Part shown: in pieces, positions 46,051 to 60,975 of the stretch | Layout: every line of letters starts with the position of its first letter | Numbering within the stretch: the first letter of the stretch is position 1 | Source of the DNA: the human T2T-CHM13v2.0 reference genome, Homo sapiens | Strand: one strand, 5' to 3' | Assembly (NCBI RefSeq): GCF_009914755.1 | Contig: NC_060948.1 | Length of the DNA: 64,000 nucleotides | Made by a program: the position numbers and the translations under genes | Notes under the pieces: model-generated | What the model saw: only the letters and a program-made list of their open reading frames with translations | The model's database searches: none | What the model was told of the DNA's origin: nothing

Positions 46051-47000
46051 TGAGAATCACGGTCTCACACCTACGTGGACCCAGGATTCCTGGGGAGTCC
46101 CGCAGGGCCCACAGTCCGCCGCAGTCACCATGAGGTCCAGATTCCCTGCATGGTTAGCTGCATACAGGAGCCATAGGCAGAGGCCCTGGACTTCCAGAGC
46201 CCCGCTAGCAGGCACCGCGGCCGGTGGGTGCTGCACTCACAGCAGCCTCTGCGCCACCAAGGCAGTGAACACAGGTCATTGGATGGGCGACCACGGCAGC
46301 TTGTCTCTGGTGTGCCCAGGGCATAGGACAAGAGATCCTTTGGAATACCCCTGGGAGTGCAACATCCTAGGGAGGATGCATGGAACTTGGAGTCTGTATT
46401 TCCCTAGATCTGAAAGAGTCCTTGCGGGGTTTTGAATTCCGGTGCTGACGAATTCCACCCCAGGAAGGTGCCAGATGACTTTCCTCCCAGATGCCCCCTC
46501 GGCCCCACTCCCCGAAAACCACCGCCGCTGCCCTTGCCCCAGCAGGCAGGACTAGACCCTCTCTCTTGCCTCTGGATCTCCAATATTCAGTACCATCAGC
46601 CTAGCCTGCCTAATGAAGTGAGATGTTTCATGTGTTCCCTGTGAGTCAATGGCTTGCGGCACTCAGGATGCCAGTTAGGGTATAGGTCTTCCATGTCACA
46701 ATTCCAAAGGGCTCACAGTCTGCGTGTGCCTGAACCCACCACCACCTTGCACAAGCATCTTCTCAGAGGAGGACTACCGCGGGAGGATGGAGCTGCAGGC
46801 CACCCAGGGGAGGGGCTCCTCAGGAGACGCCTACCGCTCTTGCAATAATTGGCAGATGCCCACTGCCTTCCCAATGATTGGCTGGAGGTAGGCGTGATTT
46901 CCGGGCATGGCTTCCCACTCAGGCCAGCTGCAGCGGTCTTTCCTGCAGTTGGCCCTGTGGTGTCCCGAAGCCGGATGCATACGACCTGAGTGACGGGAGA
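45600..47000. promoter_or_regulatory. GC/CpG-rich region between the divergent TSPY and RBMY copies, with opposed CCAAT boxes at 46871-46881
   Basis: Markedly GC-rich relative to the flanks; 'ccaatgattgg' lies just upstream of the probable RBMY non-coding first exon (~46925-47033). Confidence 0.55.
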
Positions 47001-47799
47001 CCCTGAGGCTGTTTGTCCTCCTGAAAAGCACCTGTATTTTCTGTTTCTCTGGACAGGTTGGTCTCTCGGCAAGACTAGAAAGCAAAGGTTTGGGATTTTG
47101 TCTATAAAAGCGAATGGGCTTTCTATATGTGGGCTTGAATTAAGGGAGGAGACAGTGGGGAGAGAACTCCTTAGTGCTCTAAAGAAACTCATTTTTGTTA
47201 AACTCTTTGATTTTTCTTGAAGATTCTACCTTTAACTGTCGGACATATCTGACATGTGGGCAAGTTCTGGGAGATGGTGCTAAGGCGCCATTGTTTTCAT
47301 GGGCACTTTTTATTAAAGCAGTTTTTCTCTGTGAATGTCGTCATAATTCAAAATACAGGCAACATACTTAACCACTGCGATTAAAAACCCGTACTTTAGT
47401 CAGCACATGTCACATATGTGATTTGCTTGGCGGGAATTATCAAATTTTGACGTATTTTAGTGTATGTAGAAGTCTGGGGCCATAAATAACCTCGGTTTAA
47501 ATTTGCCTCTGTAAAGCCTGTAATTGTCTCCTTCCTTGTATGACAGTATTTGAAACATGTTTCATGTATCTGTGGCACCTAAGTAATTTAAACCGAATAA
47601 GTGGGTGTAATGGAGTTAAATGGAGTTGGATAGACTTAAACGAAAACAAAATAAATCTGCTTGTTATTCTACTATCTTCACACACTGACTTACTTTTGTA
47701 ATCCTAGCATTTTGGGAAGTGCAGGTAGGAGGATGGCTTGAGGTCAGGAGTTGGAGACCAGCCTGAATAACATAATGGGCTCCTTTACTCTATTGCCAT

Positions 47800-48170
47800 T
47801 TTCGCACCAGGGACCGGTTGGTGGAAGACAATGTTTCCTCAGACAAGTGTTGCCCAGCGGAAGAAGGCAGTGAGATGGACACGTTTAGGGGTACGGGCTG
47901 GCGGCAGGGCCCCGAGGGGCACGTGGTGGGGCGGGGCTTCTGGTGGAAGAGGTGTGAGAGGGGGCAGGTGGGGCAGTGGGGCTGTCACCGGGACAGGGTG
48001 GGGCAGGAGGGGTGGGAGGCGGCTAGGGAGGTTTCCGGATGAAACTGTGCCACCTCAGGTCATCCTCAGGCGTTACATTCTCCACAGACAGGTATTACAG
48101 GTTATCCTCAGGCATTACATTCAGGCCACAGACAGGTATGGCGTGAAGGCCAGTGTTTGGGGATCCTTGA
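47800..48170. mobile_element. MER1-like hAT DNA transposon remnant
   Basis: 'caccagggaccggttggtggaagacaat', 'ggatgaaactgtgccacctcag.tcatc', terminal 'ttggggatccttg'. Confidence 0.7.
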
Positions 48171-48273
48171 TCTATTATATATTTCAAATCACTAAAAGAT
48201 GCTAAAATACTTAAAATGATCTCCCCCTAGAACATTTTAATTAGCTTGATTTAATCTTTCATACAAATATCAC

Positions 48274-48552
48274 GCTGGGTGTGGCGGTTCACACTTGAAA
48301 TCCCATCACTTTGGTAGTCCCAGGCCAGTGGACTGCTTGAGCCCAGGAGTTGGAGACCAGTTTGGGCAATATAAGGAAAACCATGTCTATTTAAAAACAA
48401 ACAAACAAACAAAAAAAACACACACACACAAAAATTGCCCAGCCAGCTACTTGGGAAGCTGAAGCGTGGGAGGATCAGTTGAGTCTGGGTGGAGGAGGCT
48501 GTAGTGAGCAGTGCACTTTAGCAACAGGAGATATACATCTCAAGAAAAAAAA
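48274..48552 (+). mobile_element. Alu (AluJ-like)
   Basis: Diverged dimeric Alu. Confidence 0.8.
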
Positions 48553-48878
48553 ATACACAAAACATCACACCATACCTCATAAATATATAGTTTTCAAATA
48601 AAATTATTTAACTGGGAGCATCCTTCATATTGCAACTTAGGAAAATTACAGTAGCTTTTCTTATCTAATTTTTATAAATTAGATTTTGTCACCTACATAA
48701 TAAAATGCAGCATTTGTCCATGAAGTCAGTGCCCCTTTTGCTCTGTATGTTATGAATTTTACATATTTAAACTAAGAAATACTAAAAAGATGTTAGCCTC
48801 TGGAAGGGACTTTTACTTGAATTTCCAACACAGTATGTAATAAAATTTTATCTTTTTAGTTTGTCTATTTTTATCTAA

Positions 48879-49025
<147 letters not shown>

Positions 49026-50866
49026 TAAAGCCATGTGTTTTGTGTGTGTGCGTGTCTCTGTTTGTGTGTATTTTCGTATGTATATTTCAATATGTTATTT
49101 AAAATATGTAGGTTATGTATGTATTTTAAAGTATGTATTTTTCAAAGTTCATTGTATACATACATTAAAACGCCTTGTGATTTGTAAACTCTTATTTTGA
49201 AGTATCTATCTGATATTTGGAAAATTCTCATAGCAGCAGGTGAAGGGTAAGAATCACTTACTGCTTAGAAAGGAAAATGAGGAAAAGTAAATGTGTTATG
49301 GAGTTAGGGAACAAACTGGAATAAAATAGGCTGACTATAGGGGTGACTTAGTATTAAGAATCATAGTAGTGATGTGAAATGCAGTTATTTTTTGGTTTGA
49401 TGTAACTTTCAGATGGTTAGTACCTTGGTGAGTCCATTCTATAAATATAAAATGTTTTTATGTATCTTAGTTCTTTTGATAAAAGGTCGAACCAGTAAGT
49501 CCAGAGATTTTGTGGTCATTATTTTTGAGAATGCTGCAGATGCTAAGAATGCTGCCAGAGATATGAATGGAAAGGTAAGAGTCCCTTATTAATAATACAC
49601 TAATTCTGGTTTTCAGTTAACAGTATTTCTAGGTCTTTTTAGTATAACTAAAGTGTTGAAGATAGTAGAATGCCATATGGACTGAAATGCTTTAGCCATC
49701 GTCTTCTTTGTGCCATACACATGCAAGTGTATTTGGAAGGGTACTGCAATTAACATTACATAAATTAATATATGGTAACTTTTTTTCTATTTTTGTATTT
49801 CAATATGGGTGTAAATAGATTTTCAAAGGTTTCCAAGAGCATTAAAACCTAGAAGGAACCCTCCTCTAAATGAAAGGACTAAGTTAACATTTTTTAAATG
49901 CTATCAGTGGAATTACTTCCAATTCATGGAAATACTTCTATAGCATATACAAACTGTGGATAGACATCTAGACAGACTCACAGGAAGGAAAGATTCTCTC
50001 CCATTTTCTGCAAATATATTCTTGAGAAAGTACATTTAAATAAGACCTTCACATTTAAGGATGTGTTAAGTACTTGAAAATAGAAAACAATATCAGAACA
50101 TTGAAGTTGGACAACAGAAGAAGTAACTGGCATTTTTTGCCCCATCCTTGCTCTTTTCTCCTAAGGATGTTTTTTTTCCTGTCACCAGAGTGATTTATGT
50201 AACATGAATACCTAATTGCTCATTTTCCCAATGTGTTTGAGAACGTGTTTTGATCAAACCAATGGTCTCTTGTCCAATTGAGTCTTAAATCTAGGGATTG
50301 TGTGTTTACTAAAGCTTTAAAATTTTATGTAATTCTATTAACTATTGAATTCCTTTACATTCTAGTCAAGATCATTCCATTCTGGGCCCTTTAGAGCTTT
50401 TCTGCTTTCTAACATTATCCAAATCTGTTTTTCTGCTTTATAACATTATCCAAATCTGTTTTTAGCTCCTGTCACTCTTTATGGTACCCCTAAAATGATT
50501 TTTTGGACTTTTTGACAATTATTCTTTCCTATGTATGTCTCAGAAATAACAATTCATCCTTCAAAAACAACTTCAATTTTCTATTTTCTTCCTCGTTGCA
50601 AATCGTAGATATTTTATACTCACTGTACCATGTATTAATCTATTGATGGTTAAATTGTCTACAGTGCATATTTAAGGCTTCCTAGTTGCTTTTATTTTTG
50701 TTGCATCTAGTAGAGTTGCTGACACATAGCAGAAAGTACATTTTTATTCACTCTTATAAATTAGTATTTTAAGCTGTGGTAGAAACCCAGAGTAAATTTG
50801 TGGTAGTTGTGGAGATAATTTTTACTTACGTATAGTAATCTATGATAATTTCCTTTTCCCCCCTAG

Positions 50867-51208
<342 letters not shown>

Positions 51209-53249
51209 ATGCTATTTCTGAATTACTTCATCTCACATATTTTATTGTGTAAACATAAATATGAAGTTATATGCACATAAATGTTAAGACGGCCAACAAA
51301 GGAGGTTCTTAGAGTTATCAGGGGCAATTAACAGTTTAAGGAATTTTGACTGACTTTGAAACACTGGGAAGGAAGCAGCCATGCGCAAATCTGGGGAAAA
51401 TATTTTGGGCCCAGAAATAACAGCAGAAGTTTCAAGGTAGGAACAACTGGCAATTTGGCTGCAAGAGGTCTTGTAAGGGATTTAAGATCTTCCCCCAAAT
51501 AACAAAAAACATGTAATTTTAAAATAGAGTTATTTATTATCTGAACTGTTTTCAAAAATTACTTTGGCCTATAGAAAAGATCATACTGAAAAATGTTACT
51601 GTGAAATTAATTAGCACATTTAAGCATTTCTGAGAAACAACATGAAGTACTATATTAAGAGTCATTTTTTAGGGGCACGTCTAAGGCAAAATAAGAAATG
51701 AATAAGGCAAGAAACCTTAATGAGATCAAACAAGGATCACATTTACAGAAACGTTTCTAGAGTAAATATAAAATTATAAATCATATGGGGATATTTTACG
51801 TAAGTGTTAGCAGATCAAACAAGAAACAACTCATATGACTAATGTGACTAATCATTTTGAATAAGTAACCTCATTTTTTTAAATGACACAAGTTTCCTTG
51901 GGACACTGAAACTTTTAAATCAGTGATGCGAATACAAAGATGAAGTGGATGATATATTGTAAAAAAAAGACATGCCACATTCTTCCATAGAATGTGTGAT
52001 GGGTTAATCTTTTTTGTTTGAGGTGTTTTTTTTTTTTTAATAATTGAGGAGTTTTCAAGGAATTTGAATAATAGAATTTGTGTTTGATCCCTTAATGGAA
52101 GGCGTGTGTTCAGTAAATGTCTCAAATTTGGTATTGTGAAAGACGTGTTCATTTTAGGAGGAAAAAAATTTGCTTTGGGAGAAAATATCTAGAATTGAAC
52201 TATAGTTGATGTAGAAATGTTTGTAAAATGTGCTTAGGTTTAATCTTGCCAACGTTATTGATAGTACTCTTAATACTTTTAGTCTTTGGATGGAAAAGAA
52301 ATAAAAGTAGAACAAGCAAAGAAACCATCTTTTCCAAGTGGTGGTAGGCGGAGACCACCACCTTCTTCAAGAAACAGAAGCCCTTCAGGAAGTCTGAGAT
52401 CTGCAAGAGGAAGTAGTGGAGGAACAAGACCGTGGCTGCCCTCACATGAAGGACACTTGGGTAATGTTCTAAAATATAAAGATGGAACCATAGGACTGAA
52501 AGAAAATAAGTTTGAAGATATCAAAATTTCCCAATTTTATTTATTTTGGGAAATTTACTCATTGGTAAGAAGTAATTTTCTTATTGATAAGAAAATTAAC
52601 TTATTGATAAGAAGCAAAATTATTTCTAAGTACTAAAGGTGTATTATAAGAATGATTGCACTAATATCTAAAATTTGTTTTAAAATTGTAATAAGTTTGC
52701 ATTGAAATAACACAAATTTCAAACTGAATTGAGTTTATGAATGCTGATTGCCTGTACTCAACAGGTTTTCTGAAGAACTCATTTATATTAACTATACTTC
52801 ATAGAGTTTTCTACTTTGGGGCCCAGAACTTCATATCAGTTGTATTATCAAAATACAATGGAATATTTAAAACTTTCCAACAGGAAAAAAAGTAATTCAG
52901 TACTTAGGATTGATTTTCCAATATTTGTTTTTTTTTGTGTATACATGTGCAAACATGTATGCAAATCTATTGCTTTGTAATTTTCATATGGAGAGTTTGT
53001 ACATTGGCCTGCCATAAAGCATTTTCAATTTAAGAAACGTAGAACTTTAATTTCTAAAAAAAGTCTATGACTCTGGAAAGGACAAAACACCACTGCTTCA
53101 CAGATATGTATGTATCTTTCTTGCTGGAAGGTGAGTCACTGAAAATGGTATTTATGAGTGATTTACACAGTAGAAATGAGGGGTCAATTTCTACATAAAA
53201 AAGAAAAACAAACTATGTATTTAAAAATATATATATATATTGGATGGGG

Positions 53250-53550
53250 GTGGGCGAGGTGGGTCACGCCTGTCATCTCAGCACTTGGGGAGTATGGGGT
53301 GGGTGGACCAGGAGGTCAGGAGTTCCAGACCAGCCTGGCAACCATGGTGCAAACTGTCTGTCCTAAAAATACAAAAAATTAGCTTGGCATGGTGGCACAT
53401 ACTTCTAATCTTAGCTACTCGGGAGGCTGAGGCAGGAGAATCACTGGAACCTGGGAGGGAGAAGCTGCAGTGAGCTGACATAATGCCATTGTACTCCCAC
53501 CTGGGCAATAGGGCAAGAGTCCATCTCAATCAATCAATCAATCAATCAAC
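53250..53550 (+). mobile_element. Alu with (TCAA)n tail
   Basis: Dimeric Alu ending 'ccatctcaatcaatcaatcaatc'. Confidence 0.88.
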
Positions 53551-54957
53551 CTATTGGTTAACATATTATCTATTAACCAACCTTCAAAAATCGATCTTTA
53601 ATTTTGTGTTTTAATGACCAGATGTGTAATTAATTGGAGATGTGTTTTTAAAGTTGAAATTGCAGTGTTTGCTGCATTTTACGATGCATAGCTTCATGGT
53701 AATTTTGTCTCCACTGATCTTGAGGGTGAGATTCAATAATACTCTGCCATGTATGAGAATGTGCGTACTCTAACCTGTAACACCACCTAGTAATTGGCAT
53801 ATATCTACAGATTTGTAGATATATAAATATTTTTATATTATTTAATAAGCAATTCTTAAAGATTATTAAAATTTAGCATAGTCTAATCTGAAAATTAGTG
53901 TTTCACAAGGAAATTGTAAGAATTCTATACTATGTTAACAAATTTTAGAGATAATATATTTTCCTGATGTGTCACCTTTTGATATTGCAAATATTTGAGT
54001 TTCTTTGAATGGAATTTAGTTTATCTTTTTGATATGCTTTGAAAATTTTTCCTCATAATAGAATGATATAAACAGTCATTTATCATTTTTTAATATTTTT
54101 TCTTTATGTATATTATACTTAGATATTTTACTGATAGATTTCTGCTCCCTGTTCACTCCCCATTTTTCCCACATCTCTCTCTCACACCAATATATTATAA
54201 TTCTTGAGTTTCCTTCTAGATTTTCTAAACAGACTTTTATTGCTTGAATTGTACTAATTTCATATAGAAATGTTAATTTTATTAGTTTAGACAAATGTGA
54301 ATTTGTAACATTATAATATGTAGAAAAACAACAAAACTTAGCCATTCAAGAAACAGTGATGCTAGTTAACTAAAATGATTTTGTTTGAAATACAGATGAT
54401 GGTGGATACGCTCTTGATCTCAACACGAGTTCTTCTAGGGGAGCCATTCCAATTAAAAGAGGTCCATCTTCACGAAGTGGAGGTCCTCCTCCTAAAACAT
54501 CTGCTCCTTCTGCTATGGCAAGAAGCAATAGTTGGATGGGAGGCCAAGGTAAATGCTACCTGATAAAAGACCATATTTTTTGTATGACTAAAAATGAGCT
54601 ATTTTAACTGGATTCTTAAATTTAAGTTCATTGAACAAAACAGAAGTGACACATCATTGGGCATAATTACTGATCAATAGCTTTTATTATACTTTCTATC
54701 TCACTAGGTACACTCAGATTTATGTTGAAGAAATACTCGAGCTTCTCACTGCAGTTGAAAGAAGTGATTAGAGTGAGGCCAACATTCCTCTTAATCCTGT
54801 GTTTGCTAGATAATTCCCCTTAATTTTTCTAAAAGTCCCTAGCAGTATTCTTTGATGATAGGCTTCTTCTTCTAATGAATTCTTCCATTTCCTAGGTCCC
54901 CTGGTAGTGGTCCCCTGGCAAGCCAATTGAAAAATTGCTTGTTCAGTTTCTTTATTG

Positions 54958-55240
54958 GGTTGGAGTCTTGCTCTTACCAGGTCAGAGTGCATTGGTGAAA
55001 TGATGGCTTACTACAGCCTCAAAATCCTGGGCTCAAACAATTATCCTGTTTCAGCCTCCTGAGTTGCTGCAACTACAGGCATGCACCACCACACCTAGCT
55101 AATTTTTTTTTCCTGTATTTTTGTAGACAGAGGATGTCACTACATTGTCAAAACTGACATAAAAGCCAGCGGCTCAAGCAGTCCAGCTGTCTCTGCCTTC
55201 CACACTGACTCGCACTGTGAGCTGCTGAGCCTGACCATCC
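54958..55240 (-). mobile_element. Alu (AluJ-like)
   Basis: Diverged antisense Alu. Confidence 0.8.
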
Positions 55241-56699
55241 AGCTTCTGAGACCTCAATAATGTTTATGTGCAAGGCATTCTTACTGCTTCTATGAAGATT
55301 CAAAAGAACTACAAGAGCATTTAGCAGAAAAGGAGTCACTGGGCTTACCTATTATTTAAAAATAAAATCAAGTCTTGAAAGGTAGACATGAAGGAGTCCA
55401 ATATTCTTAAATTAAGTGGATATCATAGAAGTGCAGAGATGTGAAATATAAGGTCATGTAAATCAATAATTAAGATTTTACCGGGATGTTTAAACATTAA
55501 CACAAGATCCTTAGCGTAAGACTGGAAATTATTTGAGGAGAGAATTTAGAACTAAGCAACCTGAGGTGAGCGGTAGGATTGAATAGAAGTAATATTTTTG
55601 AGAAGGAGAATTGTTAAGATTGCAGACAGAACAGAAGAAAGCAAGACAGTAAATAAAAGTTCTTAGCAAAGAAGTTTAGGCAGAACAAATTAAAATTCTT
55701 ACTTAGTCCTCCACCCCAATATGGAGGAAATTGAAAACTGCTGTTTTCAATTTTACATTTCATATGTAGAGTATCGGTGAAATTAGATATTTATTGACTT
55801 CAGCATACATAAGCCAACACATTTCCATTGGAAAATTAGCCAGTGAACATATCATAGGTGAAAGACTGACCTCTAAGGAATAGCACATAAAGAGTATATT
55901 AAAGGAGAACATTTTCTATTTTGAAATAGCAACAATGTCGTAATGACCCCTTTAACAGGATTGCTTATTGCAGTAAAAGTAAATCTTGGCCATCATTAGA
56001 AAGTTTTCACTAGTATATTTCAATTTGTCAACATTTAAGGTAGAGCCAACCACTTAGAGATAAAGAAGACCTTTTATGTAAAAATTTAGCATCCAATCAT
56101 TCAAAGGTAGCATCATTTGTGTGTGTGAGGTGGATTGAACAACATAGGAAAATTTACCTTCTTCAGCTGAGAAGGGACAATGGATGTAAACTTAAAAATC
56201 TGTGAAGAGTTTGGTGCTTTTACATGTCTTCCCTGTATCATTGGTAGTCATCAGTAATTCATATGAAAGGAAAAACAATAACTAACTAGTTATTTACCAT
56301 TACAGATGAACTTTTACCTAAGAATTAATGTCTGTCTTCAGCTCTGTTAGAAGAACTGGCCTTGCAGTAGCCATGGGATTATCCAAAGCCATAAGAAATA
56401 TTCACAGTGTCATGACTTTCTAGTAATTTAGGGAATGAAAAATGGAGTCATAGTGGAGTCATAGAAGAAATAATTTTAAAAAGTTGTTTGAGAGAAGAGA
56501 AAATAGTATTTCGGATTTGCTGTTCTTTCCCTGTTTCATCATTTTAATATTAAAGGTCCCATATCACGTGGAAGAGAGAATTATGGAGGTCCTCCATGCA
56601 GAGAGCCAATCTCTTCCTGGAGAAATGACCGTATGTCACCAAGAGATGATGGTTATGCAATTAAGGAAAGGTAAAGAAAATATTTTTTAGAAGTTGATT

Positions 56700-57500
56700 T
56701 TTTTTGTTATGGTGATGAAATTCACATAATAAAATTAAATATTATAAGGTAAACAGGTGGCATTAAATACATCCTGTGTTGTGCAGCAGCTAACTCCATC
56801 AAGTTCCAAAACATTTTCATGACTACAAACTAAAACTCCAGCTACCAGTTAAGCAGTCCCTTTCATTTTCTTCCTTCCCTCAGCTACTGGCAAACATCAG
56901 TCTTTGCTCTGCCTCTGAACTTACATGTTGTGGGCATTTAATGTTAATGGGCTTATACACTACATGACTTTTTGTATCTGTCTCCTTTCCTTTTGTATCA
57001 TGTCCCGAAGTTTCATTTACATCATAGCACTTAAATCCTTCCACAAGCGGTTAACCCATTATTTTATTTGGGTTGTTTCTACCACAGTATTTCTATGCTC
57101 CAGTATTTGTTTGAGTACACTTATTCAATTCTGGGTGTATATATAAATGGAATTGCTTGGTTCTGTAATAATTATGTTTGTTTTCTTGAGGAAACACCAC
57201 ATGTCTCCATAGCAGCTGCATCATTTTCCCTTCCAACTAGCATTGTATCAAGGTTCCAATTTATCTTCACCCTCTCAAACACTTGCTATTTCCTGCTTTT
57301 TATTGCCATTCTAGTGTGTGTGGGAAGTATGGTATCTCACTTTGGATTTGAAATGCTTTTTCTGAATCACCGATTATGAGTATCTGTTCCATGTGCTTTT
57401 TGGGCATTTGCCTATTTTATTTGGAGAAATATCTGTTTAGATGTTTGGCCTTTTAATTTTGTTTAAGTTGTAAGTTAGTTATGTTTTGGATACTAGAAGT
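56700..57500 (-). mobile_element. Old L1 (L1M-like) 3' fragment in an RBMY intron
   Basis: 'gtgatgaaattcacataat', 'ttccaaaacattttcat', 'tggaattgcttgg', 'gtatggtatctcac', 'ttggagaaatatctgtt'. Confidence 0.7.
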
Positions 57501-59449
57501 TGAAAATTTAATATTTGTTGTTTAAACTTATGCCCACAGAAATCATCCACTTTCCCGAGAATCTAGGGATTATGCTCCACTGTCTAGAGACTATGCATAC
57601 CATGATTATGGTCATTCTAGTTGGGATGAACATTTCTCTAGAGGATATAGGTATTACAACATTTCCTGGACTTGTCAAATAGAATTCTTAAATGGTTCAT
57701 TCTGACATTAAGAATTTTTTTTTTCAATTTAGTGATTGTGATGGCTGTGGTGAGGTGATGTTAGAGATCATTCTGAACGTCCAAGTGGAAGTTCTTATAG
57801 AGATGCATTTCAGAGATAGGGTAAGGGTCCGGGATGGATTTGTAAATTATAGAATTGTGTTTAATAGACCAGATCGTTATTTTAATGAAATTCTAAGGAA
57901 AATTACGAGGGACAAATATAACATGTCTAAATATTGAGTATTCTTAACAGAAGAAAGCATAGGGAATGATATGAAGGTGAGAACTTCAGTTCACGTTCAG
58001 AAAATGTGACTCAACTTTTACTTTAGAATTAAATTTGTTAAGCTTCAAAATAACTTCTCTTACACTTCTTATTAATAAAACCTTCTGATTATTGCAGGCA
58101 TAATTAATATCCTGTCGACAAAGACAGAGGAAAGTAGATATTTCCAAATAGTACTTTAACTTAATCATGCTTTAGTGATAGCAGTAATAATGTTTAAATA
58201 TAGTCCAACATATTATTTTATCAACCCTGCAGGGTCCCCTGCAGGGACCTCTCATGGTGCACCATCTGCAGGAGTGCCTCTGTTGTCTTATGGTGGAAGC
58301 AGCCACCATGATTATAGCAATAAATGAGATAGATATGGCATAAGTCGGGAGAGTTACTCAAGGAGCTGTGGTGATTTTTATTCCCGTGATTGTGGGCACG
58401 TTGACAGAAAAGACCAAAGCAATCTACCTTCTCTGGATAGGGTACACCCTGCTCCTTGTGAAACATGTGGTAGCTCAAGATATTTGTCATCTACAGGAGA
58501 TGGTGGGGAAGGTGGATCTGACAAAAGAGGCTGAAGCAGATATGAAAGCAAGTATTCAAATAATAGTTATTGCATACTAAACCTTGTTTGCAAATCGAAA
58601 ATTGACCTGTTATTTCTGCATTGTTACCTGCGTCTTACTAAAAGAAACATGTATGTTTTGTGGAGAGAGGTAGATACTAACTTCCTCCATGAATTTTTTG
58701 AGGTATTCAAAGGAATTTTATTTCCAATAAATAAAGGGAATTTTATTTCCAAGTAATTTCATACTAGCTAATGCTATTTGAAAACTATCTGTTTAGATGT
58801 AATATCTACATTAAAATTTTCAGAATAAAATTTTACATGTAATGCAAAATGCCTAATGTTTTTGCTCAGCTGCACATGCTTAAAAGCAAATTCAATAAGA
58901 GAGTAAATTGCATTGTTTGTTGAACATTTTCCTTTATTTCTTTGAACATAAATAGATACAAAATTAGGCATATGTTATGTCTCCCTTGCAAGCTGCACAA
59001 GTTTTCTAAATAGGCTGTTTCTCTTTAAAAACTTACAAGCTTACAATGTTTGAGTAGTCTTCAGAAAGACTACAAGACTCTCTGCCTCACCATATGTTTA
59101 TCCTTTAGAGGAATAGTACAGGTCAAAGGAAATAATTAGATGTGGTTGATATTAAAATTTAAGACATCCAGAACATTCTACTTGAAGCATTCTGTGACTG
59201 AAGAGGGATAATGCTAATGAAAACTTTTTTTTACCTAAATGAAAAGTGAACCAGCTAAGTTTCTCAAGTGCATAGCATAATGAAATTAAATTTTCCTAGT
59301 TTAAATGGTGGAAAGTAAGTGTTTGGTCTTGGGAGGTAGTCATGTTATTTTTTTCTTAAAAGTTTTGACAATGGTTGTTGTAAGTCATGGTGTAGTAATA
59401 AGTTGTTACAAATAGGAATAATCTAGAGTGGTTGGAATTTTATCAGTTT

Positions 59450-59750
59450 TTTGTTTGTTTGTTTGTTTGTTTGTTTTGAGATGGGATGTAGCTTTGTCAC
59501 CCAAGCAGGGGTGCAGTGGCTCCATCTTGGCTTACTACAACCTCCACCTTCTGGGTCCAATCTATTGTCCTGCCTCAGCATCTTGAGTAACTGGTATTAG
59601 ATAAGTGTGCACTACAGCTGGCTAATTTTTTGTATTTTTAGTATAGACAGCGTTCCACCACACTTGCCAGCCTGTTCTTAAAATCCTGATCCACCCTCCT
59701 CAGACTGCCAAAGTTCTAGGATTACAGGCATGAGCCACCACTCTCAGCCT
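59450..59750 (-). mobile_element. Alu
   Basis: Antisense Alu with (TTTG)n tail. Confidence 0.85.
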
Positions 59751-60234
59751 ATCAGACTTAATTGGTTATATGAATGGAAGCACTTTCAACCTCATACTTT
59801 TGGGAAGTGAAGTGTATAAAACAAAACAGCAGCATAACATTTCAGACAGGGGATTGCTTAAAGGTTTAATAAATCATCAAATGGTAAAAATAAAAAGATT
59901 TGGACTTAAATAACTAAACCAATTAATTTTTCTGATTATACATTGTACAACCTAAAGAAATGAAATACATGAAGTTCCAGAAGTTTTACAATCCATAATT
60001 CTTACAATTAACAGACTAATCTGCAATGAGGAAATATTTTCTTGATAAAATTTTGACAACATCTTCAATTTCTATAGGTAAGGGTGCAAATAATTTTAAA
60101 GGGAGAAGTTACCAACTTGGATTTTCAAGTGAGTTATTTGTGTTATGAAGTTGTGTTTTCATTCACCTACAATGTAGGATTGTGAGGATGAAGTGAAAAA
60201 ATAAAACTCCCTAGTCTTATGTATCTTACTGCCC

Positions 60235-60520
60235 ATGTGTGACGGCTCAGGTTTTGAATTCCAGCACTTTGAGGCAAAGGCTTGCTGATCACTTTAGGTC
60301 GGGAGTTCCAGACCAGCCTGGCCAATACCATGAAACCCCATCTCTAGCAAAAATATGAAAATTTGCTGGGCATGGTGGTGCACACCTGTAGTATGTTACA
60401 GTTAATTGGGGGGCTCAGGCAGGAGAATTATTTGAACCTGGGAGCCTGAGGCTGCAGTGAGCCAATATTGCACCATGTACTCTAGCCTGGGTGACAGAGC
60501 GAGACTCCAAATCAAAAATA
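60235..60520 (+). mobile_element. Alu
   Basis: Diverged dimeric Alu. Confidence 0.85.
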
Positions 60521-60587
60521 ATTATATAAATCTACAAATATGTAAATAATAAATAAGGTATCCTTCATTTCAAGCATTTATTCTTTG

Positions 60588-60895
60588 TTTTTTCTTTTTT
60601 AGACACAGGGTCTCCCTCTGTTGTCCAGCCTGGACTGCAGTGGCACCGTCAAGGCTCACTGCAGCCTCGAACTCCTTGGGTTCAAATGCACAAGCCTTCC
60701 ATTTCAGCCTCCCAAGTAGCTGGAATTACAGACACACACCAACCACCGTGCCCAGCTTTTGTGTTTGTGTGTGTGTGGTAGGGACAATGCTTTGGATATA
60801 TTGTTCAGGCTGGTCTCAAACTCCCAGACCGAAATAATCCTCCTTCCCTGGCTTCCCAAAGTGTTGTGATTATAGCCGTGAGCCACTGAGTCTGG
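60588..60895 (-). mobile_element. Alu (AluJ-like)
   Basis: Antisense dimeric Alu. Confidence 0.85.
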
Positions 60896-60975
60896 CATAT
60901 CTTTTCTCATTATGAGCGACATTCCACCTCACTGAGTCTGGCGTATCTTTTCTTGGTATCAGCGACATTCCACCT
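60884..60975. repeat. 46-bp tandem duplication
   Basis: 'cactgagtctggc.tatcttttct...tat.agcgacattccacct' at 60884 and 60930. Confidence 0.9.

Noticed and set aside
45090-47220. Dense overlapping ORFs on both strands
   Set aside because: Expected in GC-rich sequence; only the TSPY-like frames resemble a known protein.
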